DNA from: a virus
Virus record (IMG/VR): IMGVR_UViG_3300020203_000404
Coordinates: 64,001-128,000 of that record
Length of the DNA: 64,000 nucleotides
Reading direction: 5' to 3' (one strand)
Shown: in pieces, positions 38,452-47,286 of the stretch
Numbering within the stretch: the stretch's first letter is position 1
Layout of the letters: every line of letters starts with the position of its first letter
Translations under genes and position numbers: made by a program
Notes under the pieces: generated by a model
Databases searched by the model: none
Seen by the model: only the letters and a program-made list of their open reading frames with translations
What the model was told of the DNA's origin: nothing

Positions 38452-40405
38452 TATCGCCACACCTTCTTTCACACTCCCCGATTCGTTTGTAGCCAAGTAC
38501 CGTGGTAAACAGCCTCAATGGGGCAGCTTGGGTTATTTTACTTTTAAACGGACTTATGCCCGTGCCATTGAAAACGAAAGTCGTTCAGAGGAATACTGGG
38601 AGACGTGTCGTCGTGTAGTTGAAGGCACGTTCAGCATTCAGCGTAACCATTGCAAGCGTAATCATTTACCTTGGAATGAAGCAAAGGCTCAACGTACCGC
38701 TAAGCGTATGTTCGAGTTGATGTGGACGTTCAAGTTTCTTCCTCCGGGCCGTGGCCTGTGGGCGATGGGCACTAAATACGTTCAAGAGCGTGGTGGTGCG
38801 GCCCTCAACAACTGTGCCTTCGTTAGCACGAAAGATCTCGCCACCGATCCTATTAAGCCATTCACGTTCATTATGGACATGAGTATGGTTGGTGTCGGTG
38901 TTGGCTTTGATACGATGGGTGCTGGCAAACTCTTAGTGAAGGGCGTGACAGTCAATCAGGCTGAGCCGTTCGTTGTGCCAGATACTCGCGAAGGCTGGGT
39001 CGAAGCATTGCGACTTATGTTAGAGGCGTACATTCATGGCACGCCAGGACCGTGGTTTGACTTTAGTTTAGTTCGTCCAGAAGGATCGCCCATCAAGGGA
39101 TTTGGCGGTACTGCAAGTGGACCTCAACCATTGATTGAAATGTTGCAGGACATTCGCAAGGTGCTGGACGCAAAGACAGACCAGACGCTATCATCAGAAG
39201 ATATCGTAGACATCGGCAATCTCATTGGCCGTTGTGTTGTCGCGGGCAACGTTCGTCGCTCCGCAGAGATCGTATTCGGCGATCCAACCGACGAGACATT
39301 TGCCCTTTTAAAGCAAGACAAAGAGAAGCTAGCTCACCACAGATGGGCAAGTAACAACTCTATCTTCGCTACCGTAGGTATGGACTACGCTTGGCACGCT
39401 CGTCAGACAGCTACCAACGGCGAGCCGGGATATATGTGGCTTGACAATGCTCGTGCATACGGACGCATGAAGGATCCTGCCGACTGGGCAGATCGTGAAG
39501 CCGTTGGTGGTAACCCGTGCTTAGAGCAGACTCTCCATCAGTACGAACTCTGTACTCTTGTCGAAACGTTCCCGTCGAGACATGAAAGTCTCGACGAGTA
39601 TGTGGAAACTCTCAAGATTGCATACCTGTACGCAAAGACCGTCACCCTGATTCCGACTCACTGGGCAGAGACGAACTCTGTGATGGCTAGAAACCGTCGT
39701 ATCGGTTTGAGTCAGAGCGGCATCATCAAAGCGTTTGGACGACACGGTCGTCGTGAAGTATTGCGTTGGTGTGACAAGGGTTACGAATTCATCTCTGGGC
39801 TTGACATTCAGTATTCTAATTGGCTTGGTGTACCCAAGTCAATTAAGAAGACTTCCGTCAAGCCCAGTGGGACTATCAGCTTGCTTGCTGGTGAGCCGCC
39901 CGGCATTCATTACCCGCACTCCGAGTATTACATCAGGCGAATCCGCGTTGGCACGTCTTCGCCTTTAGTTGAAGCTGCCCGCGTAGCTGGCTATAAGATT
40001 GAAGCCGCTGTTGGCCAAGAGGCGAACACGGTCTGTATTGAATTCCCTATCCACGAAGAGTTCTTTGTCCGTTCGAAGGACGACGTGTCGATCTGGGAGC
40101 AGGTTGCCAATGCAGTTGCGTACCAACGTTACTGGGCTGATAACCAAGTGTCAATCACTGTGACTTTCAAGCCAGAAGAGCAGGAAGATATTCAGCACGT
40201 TCTTGAGCTATATGAAGACTCGCTCAAAGGCATTTCGTTCTTGCCAATTTCAGAGCATGGCTACGTGCAAGCTCCGTATGAAACTATTACAAAAGAGCAG
40301 TATCTTGAAATGTCAAAGGACTTGAAGGCCGTTATCTTTGACAATGTTTCAGAGGGTGATGTAGTAGCTCCTAAGTTTTGTGATGGTTCATCTTGTGAAA
40401 TCTAG
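38444..40405 (+). CDS. nrdJ: Class II (B12-dependent) monomeric-type ribonucleotide reductase
   Basis: PPGRGLW; NNCAFVS; CVVAGNVRRSAEI; GNPCLEQ; ELCTLVE; TSVKPSGT; C-terminal CDGSSC. Confidence 0.95.
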   Translation: MFDIATPSFTLPDSFVAKYRGKQPQWGSLGYFTFKRTYARAIENESRSEEYWETCRRVVEGTFSIQRNHCKRNHLPWNEAKAQRTAKRMFELMWTFKFLPPGRGLWAMGTKYVQERGGAALNNCAFVSTKDLATDPIKPFTFIMDMSMVGVGVGFDTMGAGKLLVKGVTVNQAEPFVVPDTREGWVEALRLMLEAYIHGTPGPWFDFSLVRPEGSPIKGFGGTASGPQPLIEMLQDIRKVLDAKTDQTLSSEDIVDIGNLIGRCVVAGNVRRSAEIVFGDPTDETFALLKQDKEKLAHHRWASNNSIFATVGMDYAWHARQTATNGEPGYMWLDNARAYGRMKDPADWADREAVGGNPCLEQTLHQYELCTLVETFPSRHESLDEYVETLKIAYLYAKTVTLIPTHWAETNSVMARNRRIGLSQSGIIKAFGRHGRREVLRWCDKGYEFISGLDIQYSNWLGVPKSIKKTSVKPSGTISLLAGEPPGIHYPHSEYYIRRIRVGTSSPLVEAARVAGYKIEAAVGQEANTVCIEFPIHEEFFVRSKDDVSIWEQVANAVAYQRYWADNQVSITVTFKPEEQEDIQHVLELYEDSLKGISFLPISEHGYVQAPYETITKEQYLEMSKDLKAVIFDNVSEGDVVAPKFCDGSSCEI

Positions 40406-40433
40406 TAGACATGAGACTGATCTTGGTCATAAT
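40406..40433 (+). promoter_or_regulatory. sigma70-like promoter TAGACA-N16-CATAAT, 6 nt before ATG (leaderless)
   Basis: Matches the motifs at 3105 and 62664(-); TTGGTCATAAT is shared with 3123. Confidence 0.55.
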
Positions 40434-40439
40434 ATAGAC

Positions 40440-40712
40440 ATGCAGAACACACAAAAGTACGTTATGATCTTCGCTAGGGACGAGCAGGGTAACGAAATCA
40501 AATATCGTTTCATGCTTTCCATTAGTAAGTCAATTAAGTCAGTCGAAGCGAAGTTTATTAAGGCCGTGATGGACACCGATGGAGTCGATCGTGTTGAGCT
40601 TAATGGTCGATACACGGCTGAGGTGGTGATCGCTCGTGCCTTTGATGCCGAAGAGGTATTAAAAGTACTCGCATCCAAGCTCGATGAAGTACTCAGCGAC
40701 ATCATTGTATGA
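40440..40712 (+). CDS. Hypothetical protein
   Basis: ATG directly after promoter; ATGA overlap with thyX. Confidence 0.55.
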   Translation: MQNTQKYVMIFARDEQGNEIKYRFMLSISKSIKSVEAKFIKAVMDTDGVDRVELNGRYTAEVVIARAFDAEEVLKVLASKLDEVLSDIIV

Positions 40713-41338
40713 CTCAGCACACTAACGTAGTAGAACTGATCGGACATTATGGTGGTGACGAGTCACATGCTCTGTCTGCGTGGACTAGTACAAGCCGCGA
40801 TCTTACAGACGAGAAGCGTGGGCGTATGGGTCGTCTACTTGAATCTCTTGCTAAGGCAGGTCATCACACACCATTTGAAAAAAGTCAATTGCATTTTCTT
40901 GTCACTTGTGATACCGCAAGTCACATTCATATCATTAAGCATCGCATCGGTGTTAGTGTGAATGCCGAATCTGCTCGTTACAAGGAACTCAAAGAAGACA
41001 AATATTATCTGCCACAAGACTGGTCTCAAGAATCACGAGATGATCTTGAGTGTAACATAAAGAAATGCTATGTGGAATACCACCGTTATGTGCGTGAGCT
41101 TGAAAAACAAGGCATTGACAAAAAACGTGCTAAAGAATCCGCACGCTTCATTCTTCCTTACGCTAATCAGTTGGTGCTTGATGTGAGTTTTAACTTTCGT
41201 TCCTTTATGCACTTCCAAGGACTGAGAAATAACGAACATGCTCAGCTAGAGATTCGGACAATCGCTCAACAAATGTTGCGTTTAGTTAAAGACACTGGTC
41301 AGTTTGACATGTCATTGAAGGCATTTGAATATGCTTAA
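40709..41338 (+). CDS. thyX: FAD-dependent thymidylate synthase
   Basis: GHHTPFE; KHR...SVNAESARY; KESARF.LP; NFRSFMHF..LR...HAQLEIR. Confidence 0.93.
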   Translation: MTQHTNVVELIGHYGGDESHALSAWTSTSRDLTDEKRGRMGRLLESLAKAGHHTPFEKSQLHFLVTCDTASHIHIIKHRIGVSVNAESARYKELKEDKYYLPQDWSQESRDDLECNIKKCYVEYHRYVRELEKQGIDKKRAKESARFILPYANQLVLDVSFNFRSFMHFQGLRNNEHAQLEIRTIAQQMLRLVKDTGQFDMSLKAFEYA

Positions 41339-41363
41339 CTTATTGTCTAATTGACGTTCTTTC

Positions 41364-41386
41364 AAGACCCGCTAAAAGCGGGCCTT
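41364..41386 (+). terminator. Hairpin after thyX (possible terminator)
   Basis: AAG-A-CCCGC TAAAA GCGGG-C-CTT; weak U-tract. Confidence 0.4.
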
Positions 41387-41394
41387 AGTGTATT
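41385..41394 (+). promoter_or_regulatory. TTAGTGTATT candidate late promoter of virion cluster
   Basis: Intergenic, 47 nt before the first structural ATG. Confidence 0.45.
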
Positions 41395-41441
41395 CATCTA
41401 AGGTCGGGTATCGTTTTTGTACCTTTTCAAGGAAGTTCAGT

Positions 41442-41888
41442 ATGACCTCAATAGTAGCATCAATCGTAGGCAGTGGAACATTGCCTTTTACTCGTGCAAT
41501 TCTTCCACCTTCTCAGCGTGGCACTCAACTTGGTTCCGAGGGTGTTCGCACCGGAATGCAGGTAATGATTGGCAACCCCGAAGACATGACTTCGGTTGAT
41601 GCCTTTGCCGTCTCTGGTGTGTCGCTGGCGGGAACTCCTGTGCGAATCTGGGGACCGGGCATTAGCTCGTTACCTAGACAGCGAGAAGTGATGATTAAAA
41701 ATCAAGGACCGGGCTCTGTTTACATTGGCCCAAACTCAACTGCTGTCATTGCACCCAGTGGTTTCCAGATCAATCCACCTACGGCGAACAACACGTTCAA
41801 CGAAGTAAAGCTTCCATTCTTGTGTAACGTAGACATTTGGGCCAGAGCAGATGGTGCCGGTGCGTCGGTAACTATTATCGCTTACTGA
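41442..41888 (+). CDS. Putative virion protein
   Basis: REVMIKNQGPGSVYIG motif shared with 41916. Confidence 0.55.
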   Translation: MTSIVASIVGSGTLPFTRAILPPSQRGTQLGSEGVRTGMQVMIGNPEDMTSVDAFAVSGVSLAGTPVRIWGPGISSLPRQREVMIKNQGPGSVYIGPNSTAVIAPSGFQINPPTANNTFNEVKLPFLCNVDIWARADGAGASVTIIAY

Positions 41889-41915
41889 TGACACAATCCC
41901 TTTAAAGGGGAGCCC

Positions 41916-42350
41916 ATGTCCTTAGAATACAGCACAATTATTGGCTCAGGTACAACTCCTCACCTAGCACCGTCGCCGGTCTATAACTTTCCAGATGGTA
42001 CGTTTCCGATTCCTGATCAACGCACGGACCTTCGTGCCCGTCGTGGCGAAGGTACCGTCATTCTCAATCCCGAGAACTTCTCGGTGTCGATTGGATTGCG
42101 TCAGCAGGCCATATCTGTTTCAAGCGAAATAGCACTGCCACTAAACCCCCTAGAGAATAGACGTGCTCTTGTTTTGCACAACGCTGGTCCAGGTATACTG
42201 TATATCGGATTATCTGGTGTCACTACTATTGATGGTTTCCCAATTGCTGTAAATGAAAAGATAGCAATTGACTGCCAGGGAACCACGAACGTAACCCTTT
42301 ACGGCGTCTCTGACTCGACTTGCGATGTCAGAGTTCTTGAGTTTGCGTAA
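41916..42350 (+). CDS. Putative virion protein (paralog of 41442)
   Basis: GGGGAG SD; RRALVLHNAGPGILYIG...GF.I; N-terminal IIGSGT.P versus IVGSGT.P. Confidence 0.55.
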   Translation: MSLEYSTIIGSGTTPHLAPSPVYNFPDGTFPIPDQRTDLRARRGEGTVILNPENFSVSIGLRQQAISVSSEIALPLNPLENRRALVLHNAGPGILYIGLSGVTTIDGFPIAVNEKIAIDCQGTTNVTLYGVSDSTCDVRVLEFA

Positions 42351-42742
42351 TGGTCAGCATAGGAGGCATTGTCAGCCTTGGCGGGGGCACAAGCGGTGGG
42401 GGCGGCGGGTCTACATCCGGCATCCAGTCTATCAACGGCCAGACTGGCCCGACTGTTTCATTCACTGGCGTCAACGGCATTGTAGTTGCCGCTGGCGGCA
42501 ACCAGATTGTTATCGACGGTGCGGGTGCATCAGGCGTAACGAGCAAGTTCGCACATTCCTTTTCTTCTATTTCAAGTGGATTGTTTACGCATGGATTAGG
42601 TACTTTGGATGTACTTGTTCAGGTGTACGATAATGGCTCCCCTAGACGTGCCATGATGCCTGACGATATCATTATTGAGAATACTACACAAGTATCACTA
42701 ATCTTCAATACTCCACAATCTGGACGTATTGTGATTGTTTAG
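42350..42742 (+). CDS. Putative tail fibre-associated protein
   Basis: Gly-rich linker; C-terminal THGLGT.DV.VQVYD..PD.I.I....V...FNT.Q.GR.VI domain shared with 42767. Confidence 0.55.
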   Translation: MVSIGGIVSLGGGTSGGGGGSTSGIQSINGQTGPTVSFTGVNGIVVAAGGNQIVIDGAGASGVTSKFAHSFSSISSGLFTHGLGTLDVLVQVYDNGSPRRAMMPDDIIIENTTQVSLIFNTPQSGRIVIV

Positions 42743-42748
42743 TGTAAT
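42739..42748 (+). promoter_or_regulatory. TTAGTGTAAT candidate late promoter
   Basis: Lies before GGAGG SD and ATG 42767. Confidence 0.4.
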
Positions 42749-42766
42749 CATATTTGGAGGAACATC

Positions 42767-43537
42767 ATGGTAAGACTAAATGGCGATCTCATTCCCGGTA
42801 GTAGTGGTCAAGCACACTTGGGCGTGAACGGTGGCGTAGGCGATGCATTTGATATAACCACGCTAACGCCGTTTGGTCGTATTCATATGAACTCTGGCGT
42901 CTGGCACGATCCTATGACGGGTCAATCAGGCGTCCTTAGATATAGCCAAGCCGCAAGTGCGTTTCAGATCTCTATTGATGGAGGTCGTACGTTCAATAAC
43001 TTGGTTACAAGTGCCGGAACTGTTACATCCGTTGGTGTAATTGGTGGTGCTAATCTTACTGGCAATATCGACCTAGCGACCCAAGCGAGCGGCTTCCTTG
43101 CTATCTTTGACACTGCTGGTGCAAGCCCAATCAATTTTGCCGTTGATCATCTAGGTCTATCTGGCCTGTGGAGATTCCCACCACAAGGCTTCAATGGATC
43201 TGTTGTTAATGAATTGACTGACTTCAATGGTACAAAAGTTCAAGGATCGGTAAGTGTTGTTGGTGCCTCTGGTGTCGTTGTTGATATTATTGGTCAAGTA
43301 ATAACGATCACCGCCGGTAATACACTACTGCGAGCATTTGCCCAAACTTTTGGTGCATTTGTAACTTGGACCGTCATTCACAATCTTGGTACGACAGATG
43401 TATCTGTAGATGTTTATGATGCAAGTTCTCCACGTCTATCAATTATTCCCGATGCGATTGCAATTACAGATAGCAATACTGTTACTGTGACTTTTAACAC
43501 CGCTCAAGCTGGCAGAGTTGTAATTTCAGGATTCTAA
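42767..43537 (+). CDS. Putative tail fibre protein
   Basis: N-terminus shared with 44304 (GDL.P..SG.A.LG...PF..(I/V)HM.SG); C-terminal HNLGT domain. Confidence 0.6.
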   Translation: MVRLNGDLIPGSSGQAHLGVNGGVGDAFDITTLTPFGRIHMNSGVWHDPMTGQSGVLRYSQAASAFQISIDGGRTFNNLVTSAGTVTSVGVIGGANLTGNIDLATQASGFLAIFDTAGASPINFAVDHLGLSGLWRFPPQGFNGSVVNELTDFNGTKVQGSVSVVGASGVVVDIIGQVITITAGNTLLRAFAQTFGAFVTWTVIHNLGTTDVSVDVYDASSPRLSIIPDAIAITDSNTVTVTFNTAQAGRVVISGF

Positions 43538-43571
43538 TATGGTAAGTTTACATCTTTTGTTGCGTGGAGAC

Positions 43572-44237
43572 ATGATGCCATTAAGTGGCATCAAAGCTTC
43601 CATTGGTCGTAATACATATGATGGTGCCGCCCCGACTGTGCCAGTGAATGACGTGCATTTACGTTCTCTTAATCTATATGATGGCGGTTCATCTGGCGTT
43701 CTTACTTACAATAATGGTAATAGACGTTTAGATCTAAATCGTAACAATGGGGCTGTAAGACCAATTGTTACGGCGATCGTAGTACAAATTTATGACGCTG
43801 ATGGCACTGGTACACATGTATTTGGTAGCGGCGGCACACCAGTTATTATGTCCACAACACAAGTTAATACTCATGTGAATCTTTTTCTTCTTGGTGGTGC
43901 TGGTTCTGAGATTGGCGTTAAGGAAGACGGAACTTATGAATTGGAATGGCGTGTAACGGCACAAGATGATGGTGGATGGGGTCGTGACGCTAGCATAAGT
44001 ATTTGGCTTGAAGAAGATAATGGTGGTGGTTTTACTGAAGTTGCTGGAACACGCTCTTTCGCTTCAATGGGGATAGACGGAAACGGTACTGTATGGCCAG
44101 CCACAGCCAATGGTTTTCATATTATGCCCATTTTTGATAGTTATGTTTATAGAATCATGGTTGATGATTTGACTGGCGGCTCTACTGGTGCTCAAGTTCA
44201 ATATGGATCATCTTTTATGATGAAGAAAATATATTGA
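43572..44237 (+). CDS. Putative fibre/receptor-binding protein with C1q/BclA-C-like domain
   Basis: GGAG SD; I.VKEDGTYEL.W.V; EVAGTRS; terminal SSFMMKKI. Confidence 0.5.
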   Translation: MMPLSGIKASIGRNTYDGAAPTVPVNDVHLRSLNLYDGGSSGVLTYNNGNRRLDLNRNNGAVRPIVTAIVVQIYDADGTGTHVFGSGGTPVIMSTTQVNTHVNLFLLGGAGSEIGVKEDGTYELEWRVTAQDDGGWGRDASISIWLEEDNGGGFTEVAGTRSFASMGIDGNGTVWPATANGFHIMPIFDSYVYRIMVDDLTGGSTGAQVQYGSSFMMKKIY

Positions 44238-44238
44238 A

Positions 44239-44304
44239 ATGAAAATGGCAATAATAATTACTGGTGTTGGTGCATCACAACTACTTATAAAGAGACTTAA
44301 ATAA
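44239..44304 (+). pseudogene. 21-aa remnant resembling the last strand of a replaced C1q-like fibre gene
   Basis: MKMAIIITGVGASQLLIKRLK*; stop overlaps next ATG (TAATG). Confidence 0.4.
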
Positions 44305-45689
44305 TGGCAAGAGAAGTAGGAGATTTGTGGCCGCAAGTTAGTGGCTCTGCATCTTTGGGTGCGGAGATGCGTAATGGTGGCTTTACCGGAGCGATACGTC
44401 CATTCGCTCATGTACATATGGACAGTGGTATATTTCATAGTTCACTTATTGATAATTCTGGTATCATTAGATTAGACACGGGCAAGGGACTTTATAATGC
44501 ACATGCTCCATCTTTTTCATTTTCTTTTAATGGCGGGAATAATTTTCCGTTGGAAATTGGTGGCAATGCAGCACAACCAGTATTAGAAGCTGCGTATATT
44601 GAGACACCAAGAGGAGACTTGCGTCTTACTGCAAGCGGCACTTTAACGCTTTTAAGTCTTAATAGCGACATTGGCGTTACAACAAATAGCGATACTGTTA
44701 TAAGCGTTTTTAATAATAGCGGCGTCCTACATTACGAGTTTGGTCCTCATCAAGCTTGGTATGTAAAAGCTAGTCACTCAAATACTGGCGGACCATTCAA
44801 TGATGGCTTCTGGCCGATTGCACATTCGGGCAACGTTGCTCAAATGATTGCTAGTAGCACTACAACATTACAACAGGCGTACGTAGCTGGCCGCTCTATC
44901 ATCACAACATCACTTGATGGCGGACCTGTACTAATCTCTGGTCAGACTGCTGTACCATTACGTCTTGAAACCGCAGAAGATAGTTTGGGACATATTGAAA
45001 TGTTAGGTCTACTTAGATCTCCAACAGAATTTCAAAAGCCAGGCACTCTTGTCTTGATGAGTCATGGTTTGAATCTTGACAATCCTTTTGTTGCGTCTAT
45101 CACTGGACAAAACATGATTGCCGCCAAGTCTGCCGGTATACCAACACTTTGGTTACACTGTGGTGGTTCTGGAACGGTTGCAATACGTACTGCGTCTGGT
45201 GTATCTCAGTTTTTTAATATCTTTGCTTCAAATGCAATAACTGAAACCGGCTTGAATGTGCCGTTTTTAGATCCATCACAATCAGTACCAGATAGATTTT
45301 TAAAGTCTATTTCTGGCAGTGGTATTCAAGTTCTTGTTCCTGGCCTTTATAAGATTTTGTATGCGGCTTCGCTAGAAAAAACTGCTGGCGAACTTGCTCA
45401 ACAAGTTAACATAGAGATTCGCATTAATGATATTTGGGGTCAAACATTTAAAATTATTGGCGGCAATGCTTTTTCTACTGTTAGAGATTCAGCATCTAAC
45501 GTTAATACGGCACATGGACAATCTATTATTGATGTTAACAGTGGCGAAGTGCTCAATATTTTTGGTTATTTACCATTCGCTCCTGTGCCACCAAACTCTG
45601 TACGATTCGGCCAAAGATTGTGCAATGTTATTGTAGAGTATCTTGGTCCACAAAGAGGTATCAGTACTGTGAGACTGAAAGTAACATAA
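44304..45689 (+). CDS. Putative tail fibre protein with C1q/BclA-C-like C-terminus
   Basis: Shared N-terminus with 42767; TLQQAY..G motif; GIQVLVPGLYKI.Y; 12 SG dipeptides. Confidence 0.6.
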   Translation: MAREVGDLWPQVSGSASLGAEMRNGGFTGAIRPFAHVHMDSGIFHSSLIDNSGIIRLDTGKGLYNAHAPSFSFSFNGGNNFPLEIGGNAAQPVLEAAYIETPRGDLRLTASGTLTLLSLNSDIGVTTNSDTVISVFNNSGVLHYEFGPHQAWYVKASHSNTGGPFNDGFWPIAHSGNVAQMIASSTTTLQQAYVAGRSIITTSLDGGPVLISGQTAVPLRLETAEDSLGHIEMLGLLRSPTEFQKPGTLVLMSHGLNLDNPFVASITGQNMIAAKSAGIPTLWLHCGGSGTVAIRTASGVSQFFNIFASNAITETGLNVPFLDPSQSVPDRFLKSISGSGIQVLVPGLYKILYAASLEKTAGELAQQVNIEIRINDIWGQTFKIIGGNAFSTVRDSASNVNTAHGQSIIDVNSGEVLNIFGYLPFAPVPPNSVRFGQRLCNVIVEYLGPQRGISTVRLKVT

Positions 45690-45988
45690 TGGACGCTGTA
45701 TTAGACACGGCAAAAACATTAATTGAAAGCTACGGCTTTACTGGTGCGGCTTTTGGTGGACTATTGTGGCTTCTATGGAAGAACAAGAAGGACGCTGACG
45801 TGCGTATCACAGAGCTTGAGCGTGCAGCAGACTCTTATCAGTCTGGTCAAGTTGCCAACTACAAAGAGATGATCATGGAATATATTTGTCTCGTTAAGGG
45901 TAACACAGAGTTGCTCGCCAAGCTAACTACCTGTCTTGATTCAATGAATAATACTCTACTTAGGCTAGAAGATAAGAAGCAAGAATAG
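45689..45988 (+). CDS. Holin-like (BhlA-like) membrane protein
   Basis: One N-terminal hydrophobic segment (YGFTGAAFGGLLWLLW) followed by coiled coil; at end of tail cluster. Confidence 0.45.
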   Translation: MDAVLDTAKTLIESYGFTGAAFGGLLWLLWKNKKDADVRITELERAADSYQSGQVANYKEMIMEYICLVKGNTELLAKLTTCLDSMNNTLLRLEDKKQE

Positions 45989-46025
45989 AAACACTCGGGG
46001 CCGCGATAAGCGGCCCCGATTGTTT
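45989..46025. terminator. Bidirectional hairpin terminator at convergence point
   Basis: AAACA-C-TCGGGGCCGC GATAA GCGGCCCCGA-T-TGTTT between convergent genes. Confidence 0.85.
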
Positions 46026-46263
46026 ACACGATGTTTGGTTTGGCGTTGTTAGGATCGCCTCGCTTCTCGACCCTTTCTTTGTCCGCAGCTACACTCGCTT
46101 CGGGCGTCATTACGCACGCACCAAAGGGTTTACGTTCTGGGCGTCCAAAGAAGGACATGATCTCAGTCCTGAGACTTGCACGCACCTCCTGTGGTACATT
46201 GAATTGCTCCAAGCGTTCACGCAGAATACGATCCAGCGTGAGTCCATTGTCATTACTGTTCAT
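46024..46263 (-). CDS. Hypothetical protein
   Basis: Last ORF of the - arm; overlaps upstream gene. Confidence 0.55.
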   Translation of the reverse strand: MNSNDNGLTLDRILRERLEQFNVPQEVRASLRTEIMSFFGRPERKPFGACVMTPEASVAADKERVEKRGDPNNAKPNIV

Positions 46264-46759
46264 TTTTCCACATTCTTTTAAAGCGGTTGATAGTACGTCT
46301 CTTTAATGAGCGTGCTTGATCTTTATCTATCTCATCTAGTTTGGCAGCCAACTCACTAACCTTTGAGTGGTCCTTGGGAGCCAATAGAACCTCCCCGTCC
46401 CTAACCTTTGCCTTAACATATTCGGCTGTCTTCTTGCGAAAGAAGACGAGCGATCGAATAGTGGGCACCAATTCACGACGAATAGCTTGTTGCCACCTGC
46501 GACAAGTATCGTCGAGCGGCGAGACCTGACTGTTGAGTTCATCTATGATTCGCGAGTCGTTGTATACCATCACGTCACCCTGAATGCCTTGTTTTCGAGC
46601 CACTTCCTTGAGGGCTAGAAACAACACCTTATAGGTGTGGTGAATCTCATTAAAGATAGGACGGCCACGTTCATCCGTTGCCGGGGTGCATTTGAAGCTA
46701 GCTTCAACGCCTTCCCCAGCAACATAGTAACCATCTTTGGTAACGAAGACCGTGATCAT
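46253..46759 (-). CDS. Degenerate RNase H-like protein
   Basis: Y..L..AL.....G...V.VYNDSRII pattern resembles RNase HI; NxAE glutamate absent. Confidence 0.35.
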   Translation of the reverse strand: MITVFVTKDGYYVAGEGVEASFKCTPATDERGRPIFNEIHHTYKVLFLALKEVARKQGIQGDVMVYNDSRIIDELNSQVSPLDDTCRRWQQAIRRELVPTIRSLVFFRKKTAEYVKAKVRDGEVLLAPKDHSKVSELAAKLDEIDKDQARSLKRRTINRFKRMWKNEQ

Positions 46760-47286
46760 TGTGCCAAACGACAGAAGTCAGCCTTCATTTCCGTGGCCCG
46801 TGCTTGCTCGACTGGCGTGACTACGCCAGCAGTGCGTAGAGCGTCAGCAACAATAGTCAGTACTTCTTGGGTACGTGGCGAGAGTTCAAGCATATGCGTC
46901 TCGGGATTCAACCATTCCAGGGCACCACGAGCTAGCAATTCTTGTTCGACAACAAGCAAGATGAATTCAACTTCATCATTATCAAAGCCAGCCTTACGAA
47001 GAGCCGGAACAATCAAGGACTTCACTCCACCGGCAATGGGTTCGCCCTTAATGCCATCAATGATTGCGGCCACAACACCGAGTTGATTATGAGTGACGAG
47101 GCCCTCCTGTAGAATGCGGTTAGAACCAATCTTCACACCCAACTGAATGTACAGCTTCCACTTGCCGTATTCAAGCTCGGTCATCTCTTCAAGCGGCTTA
47201 ACTCCAATCCCTCCGGTGTTGACGCACGATACGAAGCCGCTTGAGAGAGCGGCACAAAATACCAACACTGTTACAATTTTCTTCAT
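46756..47286 (-). CDS. Putative lipoprotein
   Basis: MKK + hydrophobic stretch + FVSC lipobox-like. Confidence 0.5.
   Translation of the reverse strand: MKKIVTVLVFCAALSSGFVSCVNTGGIGVKPLEEMTELEYGKWKLYIQLGVKIGSNRILQEGLVTHNQLGVVAAIIDGIKGEPIAGGVKSLIVPALRKAGFDNDEVEFILLVVEQELLARGALEWLNPETHMLELSPRTQEVLTIVADALRTAGVVTPVEQARATEMKADFCRLAQ

Noticed and set aside
10363-40405. Inteins in dnaE or nrdJ
   Set aside because: Lengths are typical and no intein splice motifs or LAGLIDADG blocks were seen.
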